Part shown: one piece after another, positions 10,702-20,845 of the stretch
How the letters are laid out: each line of letters starts with the position of its first letter
Numbering within the stretch: the first letter of the stretch is position 1
DNA from: Candidatus Helarchaeota archaeon
GTDB taxonomy: Archaea > Asgardarchaeota > Lokiarchaeia > Helarchaeales > RDOG01
Direction: 5' to 3'
Assembly (NCBI GenBank): GCA_029838215.1
Contig: JALGVI010000011.1
Location: 26,705 to 90,704, forward strand
DNA length: 64,000 bases
Notes under the pieces: generated by a model
Databases searched by the model: none
The model's input: the letters and a program-made list of their open reading frames with translations, nothing else
What the model was told of the DNA's origin: nothing
Position numbers and translations under genes: made by a program

Positions 10702-11376
10702 GTGAGAAAAGCAGGTAATATCTTCTTGCCGCGAAAAATCTCTAAAAAAAAATCATCTTCTAATTTTATCTGTCAACTTTGCGGTAAGTGTTGTTCTCAA
10801 TTTTGCGTGCCCGTAACGCATTATGACCTAAAACGCATTTTAAGTCTATTGAAACTTCCAAAAGAAGGAAAATCTATTGCAGAGATAGCTGAATTCATCG
10901 AACCCGATGAATCCGTTGCCGAAACATATGAAGACATCCCCCGCCCCATCCTAGAAGACTATGAAGCACCTGACCTACTTCTGGTGTTAAAATCTGATGA
11001 GTATTGTGTTTTTTACTCCAATCAGGAACAAGGATGCAAGATCTATCCTGCCCGTCCATTGGTTTGCAGGTTCTTCCCCTTCACTTATGAATACGTGGAA
11101 GATGTGGATTCTTCAAGTCCTCCGCCTGATCTAGAAACTCATGAAGTTAAATTTTCAGTGAATGAAGAATGCGATTATTGTTTGGGCATAAAAAAAGGCA
11201 CGAATTATGATTTTAGAACCCTTACAAGCGTGACACACCAGACCACGCGGGAAGATGCCGATTTCGAAAAAATCATTACTCTTTGGAATCTTGATGTCAT
11301 TTTTGGACACCGTTCTCCTTATGACGAAGAAGCATTTTTCGATTTCTTAGTAGAATGCTTTCCAGATGATGAGTGA
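10702..11376 (+). CDS. YkgJ-family cysteine cluster (Fe-S) protein
   Basis: CQLCGKCC ... CVFY ... CKIYPARPLVCRFFPF. Confidence 0.88.
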   Translation: MRKAGNIFLPRKISKKKSSSNFICQLCGKCCSQFCVPVTHYDLKRILSLLKLPKEGKSIAEIAEFIEPDESVAETYEDIPRPILEDYEAPDLLLVLKSDEYCVFYSNQEQGCKIYPARPLVCRFFPFTYEYVEDVDSSSPPPDLETHEVKFSVNEECDYCLGIKKGTNYDFRTLTSVTHQTTREDADFEKIITLWNLDVIFGHRSPYDEEAFFDFLVECFPDDE

Positions 11377-11412
11377 TGAACTTTTGCAATAATTTATGAC
11401 TTTTTTCACGTG

Positions 11413-12156
11413 TTAAGTGCGATCTTTCCAAATTCCTTGTAAGTTTTCAAGCACGTGTCGAAATACTCCCATCATTGTATGTGCCTCCCTCCCTGATATG
11501 AATGATCGTCCTACAATGTTATGAAACACTCGACTTGCATCAGCTCTTCTACGCTCGTCAAATTTTTTCATGTGATCGTGCAAGTAATCTAAAATCCCTT
11601 CGTATTTTGCCAAGAGCTGATCCAACTCTACTCTGCTTGCTTTTCTAAAGAGCATTTGATCAGGACCTCTTGCTTGCTTGACCTTGTATATTTCGTAGAG
11701 GATGATGCATGCAGCGTGTGATATGTTAAGTGTTCGATACTCGGGAGAACTGGGAATCGAAACCAAAAAGTCGCAAGCCGAAAGATCCTCATTTGTCAAT
11801 CCTGAATCCTCTGGTCCAAACAACAGTCCTATCTCTCCCTCTATATCTTGCATATTCTTTATCAATTCATCAATTGTTATTCCCACGCGCAACGTATTAT
11901 AATCTCCTCCAATATGTGCTGATGTCCCTATTAGAAAATCAAAAGGTCCAATGTTTTTCAAGCTTGAATGCACCTCTGCTCCACTTAACACGTCCACGGC
12001 ATGTTTAGCCCTTGCAATGCTTTCCGAACTTAACAATTCCACTTGAGGATTAATGAGAATCAATCGTGAAAATCCAAAATTCTTCATCACTCGAGCTATT
12101 GCCCCAATATTTCCCGCTATCCGAGATTCTTTAAGAATCACGCTCAGGTTAAACAC
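11413..12156 (-). CDS. trmJ: SPOUT RNA 2'-O-methyltransferase, TrmJ family
   Basis: GNIGAIARVMKNFG, LLFGPEDSGLTNEDL, IPSSPEYRTLNISHA. Confidence 0.88.
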   Translation of the reverse strand: MFNLSVILKESRIAGNIGAIARVMKNFGFSRLILINPQVELLSSESIARAKHAVDVLSGAEVHSSLKNIGPFDFLIGTSAHIGGDYNTLRVGITIDELIKNMQDIEGEIGLLFGPEDSGLTNEDLSACDFLVSIPSSPEYRTLNISHAACIILYEIYKVKQARGPDQMLFRKASRVELDQLLAKYEGILDYLHDHMKKFDERRRADASRVFHNIVGRSFISGREAHTMMGVFRHVLENLQGIWKDRT

Positions 12157-12284
12157 GAGATCACTTCACGAAATTTATAGATATATAAATCAGGAACATG
12201 ACTTAAATCGTTGAAAAGTCACATAAATTCTTGCTTTAAATGGTATGTTCTCCTCTCATGGTATGTCTATTTTTAAAAAAAGGT

Positions 12285-12367
12285 GGAGCGCCGAAGGACA
12301 TCAACAAAATACTAGGGAGGAGGGCGAGAGAGGATTATAAAAGTAGCATCGACGTCCTTCTTGCTCC
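12285..12367. repeat. Intergenic hairpin, element E2
   Basis: GAAGGACATC (12293-12302) / GACGTCCTTC (12351-12360) and GGAGC / GCTCC. The loop is purine-rich on + and C/T-rich on -; a T7 tract follows on the - strand (12275-12281). Confidence 0.55.
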
Positions 12368-12490
12368 TCTTTAATAATACTCCATTTCCTCTCAAGGTCT
12401 TCACAAAACGCTTTTAGCGGTTTTTCCTAGTTCTGACCAATGCTGATGATCAATCATGATCAAGAAAAATATATCAAAGATACGATAAAA

Positions 12491-12536
12491 ATGTTTCGCA
12501 ACTTTCGCAATCTTTCTTGCGAGATCTTGCGAACAT
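12491..12536. promoter_or_regulatory. Nested palindrome, candidate operator
   Basis: TCGCAA twice (12496, 12505) mirrored by TTGCGA twice (12517, 12527), flanked by ATGTT / AACAT. Confidence 0.4.
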
Positions 12537-12815
12537 CCGAATTCATTTTATCTTGATGAAATTTTTCTTGATTTTCGTCTCATTCGATTCCTGAATTCGA
12601 AATCATTTGAGACTTTTTTGCGGATCTGTCAATTTCAGATTTCACTCTCCGTGATTTTTACAGAAATAAATTCTGAAATCAAATCCCAATACTTGAAATT
12701 AAATTTAAATTAAAACATTTCGATCCAATGAATTTATTTAATGGCATCCGCCTTATAATTCATCAAAACACATCATTAACATGCAAGATCATTAGAACAA
12801 GACGATTTTTTTCCG

Positions 12816-15266
12816 TTATTCAATGTTCAACTTGTCAAGTAATTGTGAATTTATTTTTTTAACGGCTTTTCTTAACATGCCCTGGGCTGTTTCTAAACGT
12901 AGGTTCATGGATTGAACCGTCTGTTGCCAAGTTCGAGCCTGCAAGAATCGCTTTATGATGAGGGATTTTTGAACGGGTGATAGGGAAACGTGAAAAACAT
13001 CCTGCCAATAGTATGACCTCAAAATCGAAAGGATCGCGTCAATTGCTATAATGTCGTCAACTTGTTTCTTCAAGTATGCGTTTAGTCGTGACATCTGGTT
13101 GGGAGATAATGTTAAAGCGCATGGTAAATCACCCCTAACATCAATCAAACTCTCCAAAATATCGTCTATTAATTCAGCATTAATATCGTAAAACACGTGA
13201 CGTATCCAATCAAAAAAGCGAATTTTAAATTCGTGGACTAATCGAGAAATAATTTGTTGTCCCCGATCTGATATTGGCTTTATGAAGAAAATTGAATGTT
13301 CACCCGTAGATGGCGTTATACGGGGACTTAAATGAAAAGGTAAAAAACCACTTTTTCTCCAAAATCGAAAAAGCTGATGCGTGACGCCAAAACTTGTTCC
13401 AATCCAGTCATGACCTTTTTTTCGTGCGTGATCTTCAAGTCCTTTCAGAGCTTGACTCCCAAATCCCTGACCGGTCAACTCTGGGCACGTTGCAATCCGC
13501 ACGATGCGAAGTCCTGATAATTGAGGAAATTCAGCATCACGGAAATAAAGCGAAGCTATCCATGGTAAGATATTTCCCGGAAAATTTTTTCCTTCGTGCA
13601 TTTGTGTTATTACTGTTTCCCCAAGTCCTCCTTCAATAACAGAGTGAATGGACACGAGACTGATTCCTGATTTATTATCCTTCAAAGTCCAAGCTTCATG
13701 TAAGTCCGAATCCGCAAGACGTAGAACATCGTCGGGATTATTGCGGTAATGTGCAGTGACAATGTTCCCAATGAATTGCTTGAAGTCCTGCTCGAACAAT
13801 TTCAAAAAACATGCATCTAAATCCAACTTTTCAAAGGTGATTTCAGATGAGAAGTCTCGCTGACGCGATAAAGACGGGATATATGTTCTGGGCTTTAAAA
13901 ATGAGATCTCATGGAGCCATGATTCTACAGGATCGCCGTCATTATATCGGATTGGTGTTTTTAGCTTCTTTTGGAGAAGCTCGAATTTCTTATTTTTCAA
14001 ATACGGAATGAACTTTAATGAAAACATCCGACCGACACCTTCGTAACCATGAACGGTAGAAGCCATGAGAACAATGGGTGATTGTTGGATGGCTCTTTTT
14101 AAAGTTTGGAAAGGGATGCCTGCAACCTCATCAATTATGAGAAGATCTGAAAGGCGCGTTTCTATTTCAACGATGGGTTGAATCTTGAATGACACGTTCC
14201 TCCATTGAATTTGCATTATGTCTTCGATTTGCATTTCTCTTGAAATGTCCTGCTTTCTTTTCCAAAATTTCACTGTGAATTTTTCTCCCGTTTCTCTCAA
14301 GACTTCATGTAAATGGCTGAGCAGGACTCGATAATTCGATTTTTCGGGTGCCGTAATCGCAATCACGATACGGTTTCTCTTCTTTCTCCGCAAGTAATCC
14401 GCTAGTGCTACTGCTGCAATACCCAAAAAAGCAGATTTTCCCCTACCGCGGTCTGAAGAAACAAAAAAAATGCGCTTTTTTGATGTTGGTTTCATGATCA
14501 GTCGTTCCAACTGAAGAAATGCTTCTACTTGGTCTTGCGTTCGGGCGAACCGGTAATACCTTGAATGGAATCTAACTACTGAAGGCACTCTCACGCATTT
14601 TTCAGGCGTTGAATGTACCTTTCTTAAAAGAGGCGTTGAAACCATCAAATTTGAATCGAGATCAACGATGGAAATGCCCAACATTCCTCTCGATTTCTCA
14701 AGAAAAAAATGCTTGAATCGATTTTTCAAGAAGTCATCTTCAGTCAGGGCTCCTTGAAGATGTTTATCAAAGAATAGATGCTTCTTCTTCCACGCATTAA
14801 TCTCATCAATGATGAGAAAGATCCAACCACCTGCTCTCACGGATTCAACAAGGATATTCAACGCTGTTAATGTAAATTCGGTTCGTAAATCCACGATGAG
14901 AAGATCACACGAGGATCCCATCATCTTCCGGACATTCTTGAAGTTAACTTTGACCACTTCTTGACCAAATCCTGAAATGACATCAAGAAGAGGAGAAATA
15001 TCATCGCCATTTTCGTGGCAAATCAATATGTCCAAGTTCTTCTTTGCAGCATTCTTATCCTGTAAGGATGTCTGCCGGAGTTTTAAAAACTCTTCAATGC
15101 AATTAATACTTTTATTAAATGAATTTGAACCAATGATGAATAGATGGCGAAAACCTGTTTGAAAAGAATGTTCAATGACCTCAAGAAAACGCTCTTGAAC
15201 TTTGAATTGAAAAGAATTGCCACGAGATCGCATGTTCAAGAATGAAAACCCCCTAAATTTAACCAA
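12816..15266 (-). CDS. tmcA: RNA cytidine acetyltransferase TmcA/Nat10 (ac4C)
   Basis: ESVRAGG, SDRGRGKSA (Walker A), IIDEVAGIP, STVHGYEGVGR, PIRYNDGDPVE, AHYRNNPDD, RIVRIAT, GNAT QGFGS motif. Confidence 0.93.
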   Translation of the reverse strand: MVKFRGFSFLNMRSRGNSFQFKVQERFLEVIEHSFQTGFRHLFIIGSNSFNKSINCIEEFLKLRQTSLQDKNAAKKNLDILICHENGDDISPLLDVISGFGQEVVKVNFKNVRKMMGSSCDLLIVDLRTEFTLTALNILVESVRAGGWIFLIIDEINAWKKKHLFFDKHLQGALTEDDFLKNRFKHFFLEKSRGMLGISIVDLDSNLMVSTPLLRKVHSTPEKCVRVPSVVRFHSRYYRFARTQDQVEAFLQLERLIMKPTSKKRIFFVSSDRGRGKSAFLGIAAVALADYLRRKKRNRIVIAITAPEKSNYRVLLSHLHEVLRETGEKFTVKFWKRKQDISREMQIEDIMQIQWRNVSFKIQPIVEIETRLSDLLIIDEVAGIPFQTLKRAIQQSPIVLMASTVHGYEGVGRMFSLKFIPYLKNKKFELLQKKLKTPIRYNDGDPVESWLHEISFLKPRTYIPSLSRQRDFSSEITFEKLDLDACFLKLFEQDFKQFIGNIVTAHYRNNPDDVLRLADSDLHEAWTLKDNKSGISLVSIHSVIEGGLGETVITQMHEGKNFPGNILPWIASLYFRDAEFPQLSGLRIVRIATCPELTGQGFGSQALKGLEDHARKKGHDWIGTSFGVTHQLFRFWRKSGFLPFHLSPRITPSTGEHSIFFIKPISDRGQQIISRLVHEFKIRFFDWIRHVFYDINAELIDDILESLIDVRGDLPCALTLSPNQMSRLNAYLKKQVDDIIAIDAILSILRSYYWQDVFHVSLSPVQKSLIIKRFLQARTWQQTVQSMNLRLETAQGMLRKAVKKINSQLLDKLNIE

Positions 15267-15332
15267 TTAAGAAAACGGATGCGGATACCACGAGACCAGA
15301 CGAATTAATAAAAAGAAGTTGATGTTCATTCC

Positions 15333-15515
15333 TTATTTAATCTTCTGGTACATGTTTTTCGAAATGCGACGTATTTTATTAGCTTGAATAAATTGGTTTA
15401 AAATGTTGCGGGCTTCATGTTTCTCAGAGCTTTTATCAAAACCAATTAAGTCCATGAACTGCTGGAGCGAGAAATTCTTGCCCAAATCTTTCTCAACTTG
15501 TGAATAAAGTCCCAT
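15333..15515 (-). CDS. Small hypothetical protein, possible winged helix
   Basis: 60 aa with a helix-helix-helix then IRRISKNMY wing-like pattern; just upstream of tmcA. Confidence 0.55.
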   Translation of the reverse strand: MGLYSQVEKDLGKNFSLQQFMDLIGFDKSSEKHEARNILNQFIQANKIRRISKNMYQKIK

Positions 15516-15696
15516 GTGATATCAACCTTTTTTTTATTATTGATAATGAAGAATTTTCCGTCTTTAAATTTTTCTAACTTCAAAAACGACTAAAACTCAT
15601 TTTCAAGCAATTAAACAAATCTGTATTCATCCATTAGAAAATTTAATATATTCCAAATTGCTTTTTTTTTCATCATTGAAAGATTGGAGAGCACTC

Positions 15697-16614
15697 ATGG
15701 ATTTAAGACTCGAAATATTAAAATCATTTCTTAAAGTTGCCGAATTAGGAAGCTTTTCTGGTGCTGCCATACAATTAAAAAAATCACAAGGCGGAATCAG
15801 TCAACAAATCGCAAGCCTTGAAGAATATTTTGGAGCTGAGTTGTTCAAACGGACAATGAAAGGCGTGAAACTTACAGAGGAAGGAAAAGTTCTCGTAAAA
15901 CGAGCGAAAGAATTATTTGAACTTCTAGACTTGGCTCAAAAAGAAATTAATGAACTAAAAGATGAAAACCGAGGCAAGATTCTCATTGCAGCAAGTACCA
16001 TTCCTGGAGAGCACCTGCTACCCGTGATCATTTCCGCATTTAAGAGCCAAAATCCTCAAATTAATTTTGAGCTCGAATCATCGGATTCAGAGCTGAGCCT
16101 TAGAAAATTGGAAGAAAAACAAGTCGATTTTGCGGCAGTAGGAATAAACATGATGACATTACAAAAATTTGATAGTGTTGAATTGGCACGAGAACAACTG
16201 GTCGTCATCATGTCTCCCGAACACCCATTGGCTGAAAAAAAACAAATACACATTCAAGACCTCCTTCAATATCCTTTTGTAACCCGTGATTCAACATCTG
16301 GAACAAGAATTGAAACCGAAAAACTGTTGGAAAAAGCAGGGTTGGTACCATCACAACTTCAGATTCATCTAACATTAGCAACAACAGAATCCGTAATTAC
16401 AGCAGTCTCTGAAGGACTTGGAATCAGCATGATTTCCTCAATTGCCGCGTTTAAAGCCGCTGCCGCAAACCGCATTAAAGCAACTCCTCTCAAGATCCCT
16501 TCTCCACCTGTCCGGTCTCTATACCTCGTTAGATTAAAGCAAAAATCTCAAGATCGCCTCTTAGATCTCTTTTGGGAATTCGTCAAGCAATTCATGATGA
16601 AAAAAATGCAATGA
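15697..16614 (+). CDS. LysR-family transcriptional regulator, CysL-like / selenium-associated subgroup
   Basis: LysR HTH (FLKVAELGSFSGAA...SQQIASLEEYFGAELFKR), AASTIPGEHLLP, RDSTSGTR. ATG at 15697. Confidence 0.9.
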   Translation: MDLRLEILKSFLKVAELGSFSGAAIQLKKSQGGISQQIASLEEYFGAELFKRTMKGVKLTEEGKVLVKRAKELFELLDLAQKEINELKDENRGKILIAASTIPGEHLLPVIISAFKSQNPQINFELESSDSELSLRKLEEKQVDFAAVGINMMTLQKFDSVELAREQLVVIMSPEHPLAEKKQIHIQDLLQYPFVTRDSTSGTRIETEKLLEKAGLVPSQLQIHLTLATTESVITAVSEGLGISMISSIAAFKAAAANRIKATPLKIPSPPVRSLYLVRLKQKSQDRLLDLFWEFVKQFMMKKMQ

Positions 16615-16831
16615 TTCGTCTTTTTTTTCTATAAACTCTTTATATCCAACTTATCTCCTAAACAGGAACATCAATGACACTCCATTTTCCAAGCATTTCT
16701 CGAACCGAGATTTAGAAGATGAGAAATCCCCTAATAAAAATCTTGCATCAAAAAACCGGAATATAAATTTTAATAAGCAACAATTTAGATAGATATTCGT
16801 AGCCAAGCAATAAGGATTTGGATTGATTTGT

Positions 16832-17605
16832 ATGGTGAGAACTTGTCCATTTTGTAACCGAAACGTCATGGAAAAAGATAAATGGTGCCCTTGGTGCGGT
16901 AAAAAACTTTCAGATCAAGTAGAAACTACCGTAAACCCCATAAAAGCGCAGGAGCCAGCTGTGACAACACCCGAGCCCGCGCAGAGTGCTTCACCTACCA
17001 CTTCTCCAGTACCTACCATGACCGAATTGCCCATGCCTGAAAATCAAGCCATTGAACAATACTTACTTAGGGCAAGAATTGAAAAAATGAATGAAAAACT
17101 AAAAGAAGCAAAAGAAAAAATCAATCAATATTTGACAAAAATTGAAGCTCAAGGAGCAACCATTTCGGATGACGACATTCAGGAGTTGAAAGTTCTCGTT
17201 CAAAAAATAAAAACCAAACGAGACGAATTAGTCCGTAAGAAAATCGATCTTCCATTCGAAGAAAACCTCCTTCAAAAACGTCAAGAAATTGAAGGAAAAC
17301 TCCGGAAAGTCCAAAATACGTTCATGACACAAAAAATCTCAGAAGTTGCATTCAATAAACTGAAAGAAGAATATGAAAGCGAACTAAATCAGATTAAAGC
17401 TAAAATGACTCAACAGAACCACTTCGAACAAATACTTAAAACGAAATTGGAAAAAAGACAAAAAATACTCGAAGAAGAGCTAGAAGTCCTCAAGGCAAAA
17501 CTTGAAATCCAAGAACTTACGGAAGAATCTTACCAAGAACGCTTAAAAACAACCCAGAAAGAATTGGATGATATAAAACTGGTTTTATCTAAACTAATTG
17601 CATGA
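16832..17605 (+). CDS. Zinc-ribbon plus CdvA-like coiled-coil protein
   Basis: CPFC...CPWC, a Pro/Thr linker, then coiled coil with ISEVAFNKLKEEYE and LEVLKAKLEIQELTEESY. Confidence 0.7.
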   Translation: MVRTCPFCNRNVMEKDKWCPWCGKKLSDQVETTVNPIKAQEPAVTTPEPAQSASPTTSPVPTMTELPMPENQAIEQYLLRARIEKMNEKLKEAKEKINQYLTKIEAQGATISDDDIQELKVLVQKIKTKRDELVRKKIDLPFEENLLQKRQEIEGKLRKVQNTFMTQKISEVAFNKLKEEYESELNQIKAKMTQQNHFEQILKTKLEKRQKILEEELEVLKAKLEIQELTEESYQERLKTTQKELDDIKLVLSKLIA

Positions 17606-17688
17606 TAAAAGGAAATTTGGAATAGGTAAAATTTTTAAAATTTCAAGTCATGACTTTCTTAAAGGTGTTTCACGATGGTGAATAATTC

Positions 17689-18276
17689 TTGAGCCGTGAG
17701 CCTAAGCGTTTCAGGGATGACCGATCGAGGCGGAAAACCCGCGACGAAGAACATCACTCAAGAGATAGGGATTACCAGCAAAAGAAAAATTACTCGCCTC
17801 AGAGCTCATATAGACGGAGACCACATGATTCACGACAAAAACGTTACCATGATAATAGATCTTCTTTTCGACGTCAGCCCTCCACGCGAACTCAACCCAA
17901 AATCACTCTTGAAGAATTCCTAAAAAAACAAAACGGTTATTGCGGACCCGGATGCCCTGAACATCTCTTTAAATGTCAAAAACGTGCTCTCGGCAGAAGA
18001 CGGCAGGATAAAAACGGAAACTGGAAGGTCGAATGTAATTTCATTGAAGGCGAATACTGCGAAGGACCAAACTGCCAATTTGCTTTTTGTGCTAAGCGGA
18101 AAATGCGCTCCGATGGAAAATGCAGTCTTTTAAAAGAAACATCAAACCCCCAAAAAAGCACTTGGGATGACGAACTGGATGATGATGTTGATCCAAGCAA
18201 CTCACTCAAGAGCTTCAGGTTTCAGGATAAAATTAAAAAGAAAATCCGCCACTATGATGACTTTGATGATTTTTAG
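17689..18276 (+). CDS. Hypothetical protein with Arg-rich disordered N-terminus and 8-Cys domain
   Basis: R/D/S/Q-rich first 70 aa; CGPGC..FKCQKRAL...C...C.GPNCQFAFC.KR....GKC. Confidence 0.75.
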   Translation: MSREPKRFRDDRSRRKTRDEEHHSRDRDYQQKKNYSPQSSYRRRPHDSRQKRYHDNRSSFRRQPSTRTQPKITLEEFLKKQNGYCGPGCPEHLFKCQKRALGRRRQDKNGNWKVECNFIEGEYCEGPNCQFAFCAKRKMRSDGKCSLLKETSNPQKSTWDDELDDDVDPSNSLKSFRFQDKIKKKIRHYDDFDDF

Positions 18277-18462
18277 TGCCAATCTTCTTTTTAGTTCGGT
18301 AACCACTCTCAAACCTGCGTAGGAACGTCATTTCAAAACGAGTTATGTTCGCTTGATCTGCATCCGAGTTTTTATCATCGAGTGATTATCACTATTTAAT
18401 GATAAATTCATTATTTTATTTTAACTTATCACTAAAACGAAAAAAAGAATCGTTCGTTTTTT

Positions 18463-19269
18463 TCATTCCATGACACTCCAGCCAGTCACGTTTATGCCCA
18501 AGCAAGTCTCACCACAAGATTTATTTGCGTTGATCAAAGTGGCCACCATGCATTCTATTTGCCGTGCGAAGATAAGATCTCGCGTCCCACTCGGATCTTT
18601 TAGCTCGATCACGGAAATGCCTTCTATTAAATGCGCGAGTTGAACGGTGCGTCTTCTTGCTTCAGGATCATTTCCAAAAATGAAAACCGTGCGATATATG
18701 GGCTTTCTCAAGTTTTGAAGGGAATGCGCTGCAAGAGTCTTGAATGCACCGATAACAGGAACATTTGGAATCAAGGCAGCTATGTGCTCACTTGCAGATC
18801 CGTAACCATTATCCGCCCTGGTTAGGAAAATTCCCCCGTCATTTATTAACGGGACGGTGCAATCTATCAACAGGCTTTTTGCATTTATGCAAGATTTGAT
18901 TTCAGGAATCATCTTGGAGATCGTCTTATAAGGCAAGGTCAGGATTATGATGTCGGCATCTTTTACGGCTTCGCGGTTTGTTGTTCCTTCAATGAGTTTT
19001 TCTGCAAGAGCCCGTTCGGTTTTTGCATCATTGAGAAATTTCTTTTCTGATTTTTCACGTGATAAATGCTCTAAGAGAATTTTGTTATATTCTTCAGTTT
19101 TTCTTCGAGCTTTTTCTTCCGATCGTGATCCAATTATGATTTTATCGATTTTTACATCATCTCTTATGATATTTGCCAATGTGAGCCGCATTGAAAGTCC
19201 AGCACCGATGGCACCTGTGCCCCCTGGTAGGACAATTTTGCCAAATTCGAGGGTTTGTTCCGGTTTCAT
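18463..19269 (-). CDS. npdG: NADPH-dependent F420 reductase
   Basis: GGTGAIGAGL, IIGSRSEEKA, N.EA...ADIIILTLP, VIGAFKTLAA. Confidence 0.82.
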   Translation of the reverse strand: MKPEQTLEFGKIVLPGGTGAIGAGLSMRLTLANIIRDDVKIDKIIIGSRSEEKARRKTEEYNKILLEHLSREKSEKKFLNDAKTERALAEKLIEGTTNREAVKDADIIILTLPYKTISKMIPEIKSCINAKSLLIDCTVPLINDGGIFLTRADNGYGSASEHIAALIPNVPVIGAFKTLAAHSLQNLRKPIYRTVFIFGNDPEARRRTVQLAHLIEGISVIELKDPSGTRDLIFARQIECMVATLINANKSCGETCLGINVTGWSVME

Positions 19270-19444
19270 TAAATCTCCGCCTTTATGGTTAGGAATTTTC
19301 TATAATGAAATGAAATTCATTCTTTCGTTAGCCGGAAGAAGATTTTATCATTGTTAGAAATTTATTCTGAGAATAAGAATTAAACGGATAATTGAAAATA
19401 TTATAACAAAGAAATTTCATTTTATTCATTGAGAGGAAAAATCG

Positions 19445-20845
19445 TTGCCAGATTTAAATGCTGATAAGATCCCCGTTCATGTCGTGTTACTGGGTCATAT
19501 TGATCACGGTAAAACGAAGCTTGCAAGGCAGCTAAGCGACGTGATTTCAACTGCGGGATTGGACAAGCATCCACAGTCCAAAGAACGGGGAATTACCATT
19601 GACTTGGGATTTACGGCATTTACATTGAAGAATTACTTGGTCACCTTGATTGACGCACCGGGACATGCTGATTTAATTCGAAGCGTGGTTGCGGCATCAA
19701 CCATAGCAGATGCAGCTATATTGGTAGTCGCTGCAAATGAAGGTCCGAAGATCCAAACTGGGGAACATGTCTTGATATTGGATGGGTTCAAGATTAAAAA
19801 CGTGATTGTTGCACTAACAAAAATTGATTTGATTCGACCAGAAGAAATTCCAACAAGGATCAAGCAGGTTCGCAGCATTTTGTCAGGGACATCGCTTGTT
19901 AATGTTCCAATCATTCCTGTTTCAGGTCTGACTGGTGATGGAATTCAGGCATTAAAAGAAGCATTGGTAAATATTTTATCCCCTCCAGAACGGCTTCTTG
20001 ACGGGCAATTAAAGATGCCGGTCGATCATGCATTTTCTGTAAAGGGTTCAGGAACGGTAATGACAGGCACCATACATCGCGGACGAGTTTCCATTGGTGA
20101 TTTAATAGAAATTTATCCGGATCGGCAGGGAGGACGAGTCAGGTCCATTCAAGTCTTCAAGCAATCCCGAGAAAAAGCTAAAGCAGGAGACAGGGTCGGC
20201 ATTGCCGTGGCGGGCTTGGATCCCAACCGAATTTCGCGTGGTTGTTATATGGCTACTCCTGGATCTTTAAGAATCGTGCAAGAATTGGAGATCAAGGCTA
20301 AGATGAATGGTTTTTATAAAGGCGGTCTCCATCCAAAAATGATGGTTCATTTAACAATTGGAATGCCAACAGTCTCTGGAACCGTTTATCCATACGTGAA
20401 TGAAGATGGAAAAAAGATCATTAAGGAGAAAGTTGAACCTGGTGAAGAATTTAATGCTTTAATAAGACTTGGCGAGAAAATCACTGCGGAAGTAGGAGAC
20501 CCCGTATTGATTTCAAGATTGGACCTACCGGTAACGAGCCTCCGAATCTTAGGAAGCGGGAACGTTATAAATATGGATATCGAGGCCATTACTTTCTTTC
20601 GTGAAAAAATTAAACAAGGAATGGTACGTGGGACCCATCAGCGAGGATACATCTTGGATCAAATTGCACGAAGTAAGATTGGTGCGGAGAAGTTCCTGAA
20701 TTTGCAGGTGAAAACATATTCAGGAATAAAGGGGACGATTACCGAAACATTCGGAACGAAGGGATCCGTGATCGCAAAAATGGAACGTGATGTACAAGAA
20801 GGAGACGTTGTATTCGTGAGGATTTTAAGGAAGTATAAACTATGA
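19445..20845 (+). CDS. selB: Selenocysteine-specific elongation factor
   Basis: GHIDHGKT, LDKHPQSKERGITIDLGF, DAPGHADL, and archaeal/eukaryote-type domain IV (GTITETFGTKG). Adjacent to spcS and tRNA-Sec. Confidence 0.95.
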   Translation: MPDLNADKIPVHVVLLGHIDHGKTKLARQLSDVISTAGLDKHPQSKERGITIDLGFTAFTLKNYLVTLIDAPGHADLIRSVVAASTIADAAILVVAANEGPKIQTGEHVLILDGFKIKNVIVALTKIDLIRPEEIPTRIKQVRSILSGTSLVNVPIIPVSGLTGDGIQALKEALVNILSPPERLLDGQLKMPVDHAFSVKGSGTVMTGTIHRGRVSIGDLIEIYPDRQGGRVRSIQVFKQSREKAKAGDRVGIAVAGLDPNRISRGCYMATPGSLRIVQELEIKAKMNGFYKGGLHPKMMVHLTIGMPTVSGTVYPYVNEDGKKIIKEKVEPGEEFNALIRLGEKITAEVGDPVLISRLDLPVTSLRILGSGNVINMDIEAITFFREKIKQGMVRGTHQRGYILDQIARSKIGAEKFLNLQVKTYSGIKGTITETFGTKGSVIAKMERDVQEGDVVFVRILRKYKL

